DNA of 64,000 nucleotides from Antedon mediterranea (lineage: Eukaryota > Animalia > Echinodermata). Numbering within the stretch: the first letter of the stretch is position 1; each line of letters opens with the position of its first letter. The notes under the pieces are model-generated. The model made no database searches and was not told the DNA's origin. It was given only the letters and a program-made list of their open reading frames with translations. Made by a program: the position numbers and the translations under genes. This document shows, in pieces, positions 63,195-64,000 of this stretch. The DNA lies in contig NC_092680.1 in assembly GCF_964355755.1 (NCBI RefSeq), forward strand, positions 7,626,001-7,690,000, given 5' to 3'.

Positions 63195-63700
63195 CATGCG
63201 CAATGGAGTTTTAAAGTGGAGTACAGTGAGGTCCTTGGCTCGTAGGTGTTATGTCAGAGTGTCCTTCTCCTAGAAGAATTGCCGTAATCACGGCTAACGA
63301 GCTTCATCTGCCCAGGTTTGGAATCAGAGTTTCCTTCTCTTAGCCTTTGCTTCATGAGCTTTATCTGCAAGGCAGCGGGTGGTTGGTTAGTGAGTGCCAG
63401 GACGTGTCCAGACGCCGGTGGGCCTGCACACTGCACCTCTGGGGCCCAACCTACTCCGAGATCCCTCACATCCTTGCCTGGGGCCGCAAGGCGCCAGTTT
63501 ACCATGGTGTGCCACGAGGAGGCGGAATGAGAGTCTTGACTTAGCAGAAGCTATATACCATCAGGAAGGACTTACGCACTCGGCCTTCTTTGCACTCAGA
63601 TGAGTTAGGTGGCGGCTGCAGCTGAAAGCGAGAAGCAAAAGCAACTACACTACGCTGCAGCACTAGACGCTATACTAAGCCCTGTGTAAAAGCACCACAC
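63195..63700 (-). mobile_element. GC-rich RTE-type retroelement 5' leader fragment
   Basis: Abrupt GC rise; gagaagga(a/c)actctga occurs twice on the minus strand, as recalled for RTE 5'UTRs; contains an HDV-like fold. Confidence 0.55.
63463..63561 (-). ncRNA. HDV-like self-cleaving ribozyme candidate
   Basis: P1 AUGGUAU/ACACCAU, P2 CUCUCAUUCC/GGAUGUGAGGG, P3 GCC/GGC with L3 UCCUCGU, P1.1 GG, P4 CUGGCGCC-UUGC-GGCCCCAG, J4/2 GCAA. Confidence 0.7.
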
Positions 63701-64000
63701 CAGTATTCAACCAGTATTCAACCCTGGCCTACTGCCAGTGTTCAATCCTGACCTACTGTACTGCCAGAATTCAATCCTGACCTACTGTATTGCCAGTATT
63801 CAATCCTGACCTATTGTACTGCCAGTATTCAATCCTGACCTAGTGCCAGTATTCAATCTTGACCTACTGCCAGTATTCAATCCTGACCTACACTGTACTG
63901 CCAGTATTCAATCCTGACCTAGTGCCAGTATTCAATCTCGACCTACTGCCAGTATTCAATCCTGACCTACAGTGTACTGCCAGTATTCAATCCTGACCTA
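63699..64000. repeat. ~23-31-bp minisatellite running off the window end
   Basis: ctgccagtattcaatcctgaccta units. Confidence 0.92.

Noticed and set aside
63254-63603. Overlapping GC-rich short ORFs
   Set aside because: Better explained as a non-coding structured retroelement leader.

Overview
AT-rich animal genomic DNA, probably a marine invertebrate; the species cannot be fixed from sequence alone. There are three host genes. Two ammonium-transporter (Amt) paralogues sit head-to-head: the first coding exon of one on the minus strand (447-288) and a complete 6-coding-exon, 604-aa gene on the plus strand (6522-18124). VPS33B (Sec1/Munc18 family) contributes 19 in-frame exons on the plus strand from 31877, and its last exon lies beyond the window. 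The rest is mostly decayed mobile DNA: RTE, CR1/L2-group and Rex1 LINEs, two tRNA-SINEs, non-autonomous Helitrons, a HINE, several MITE types, a 7.4-kb EnSpm-like composite element and tandem repeats. The best leads are: an HDV-like ribozyme fold in an RTE-type 5' leader; two Helitron families sharing a covarying 37-nt terminal hairpin capped by GCGAGCGAAGCGAGC; a filled-versus-empty Helitron site inside a ~425-bp duplication flanking the EnSpm-like element; a candidate in-frame 15-nt VPS33B microexon; tandemly duplicated AG|GT splice sites in Amt; and a transposon-borne array of nuclear-receptor half-sites. I found no wholly new gene system. All coordinates and alignments were read by eye.
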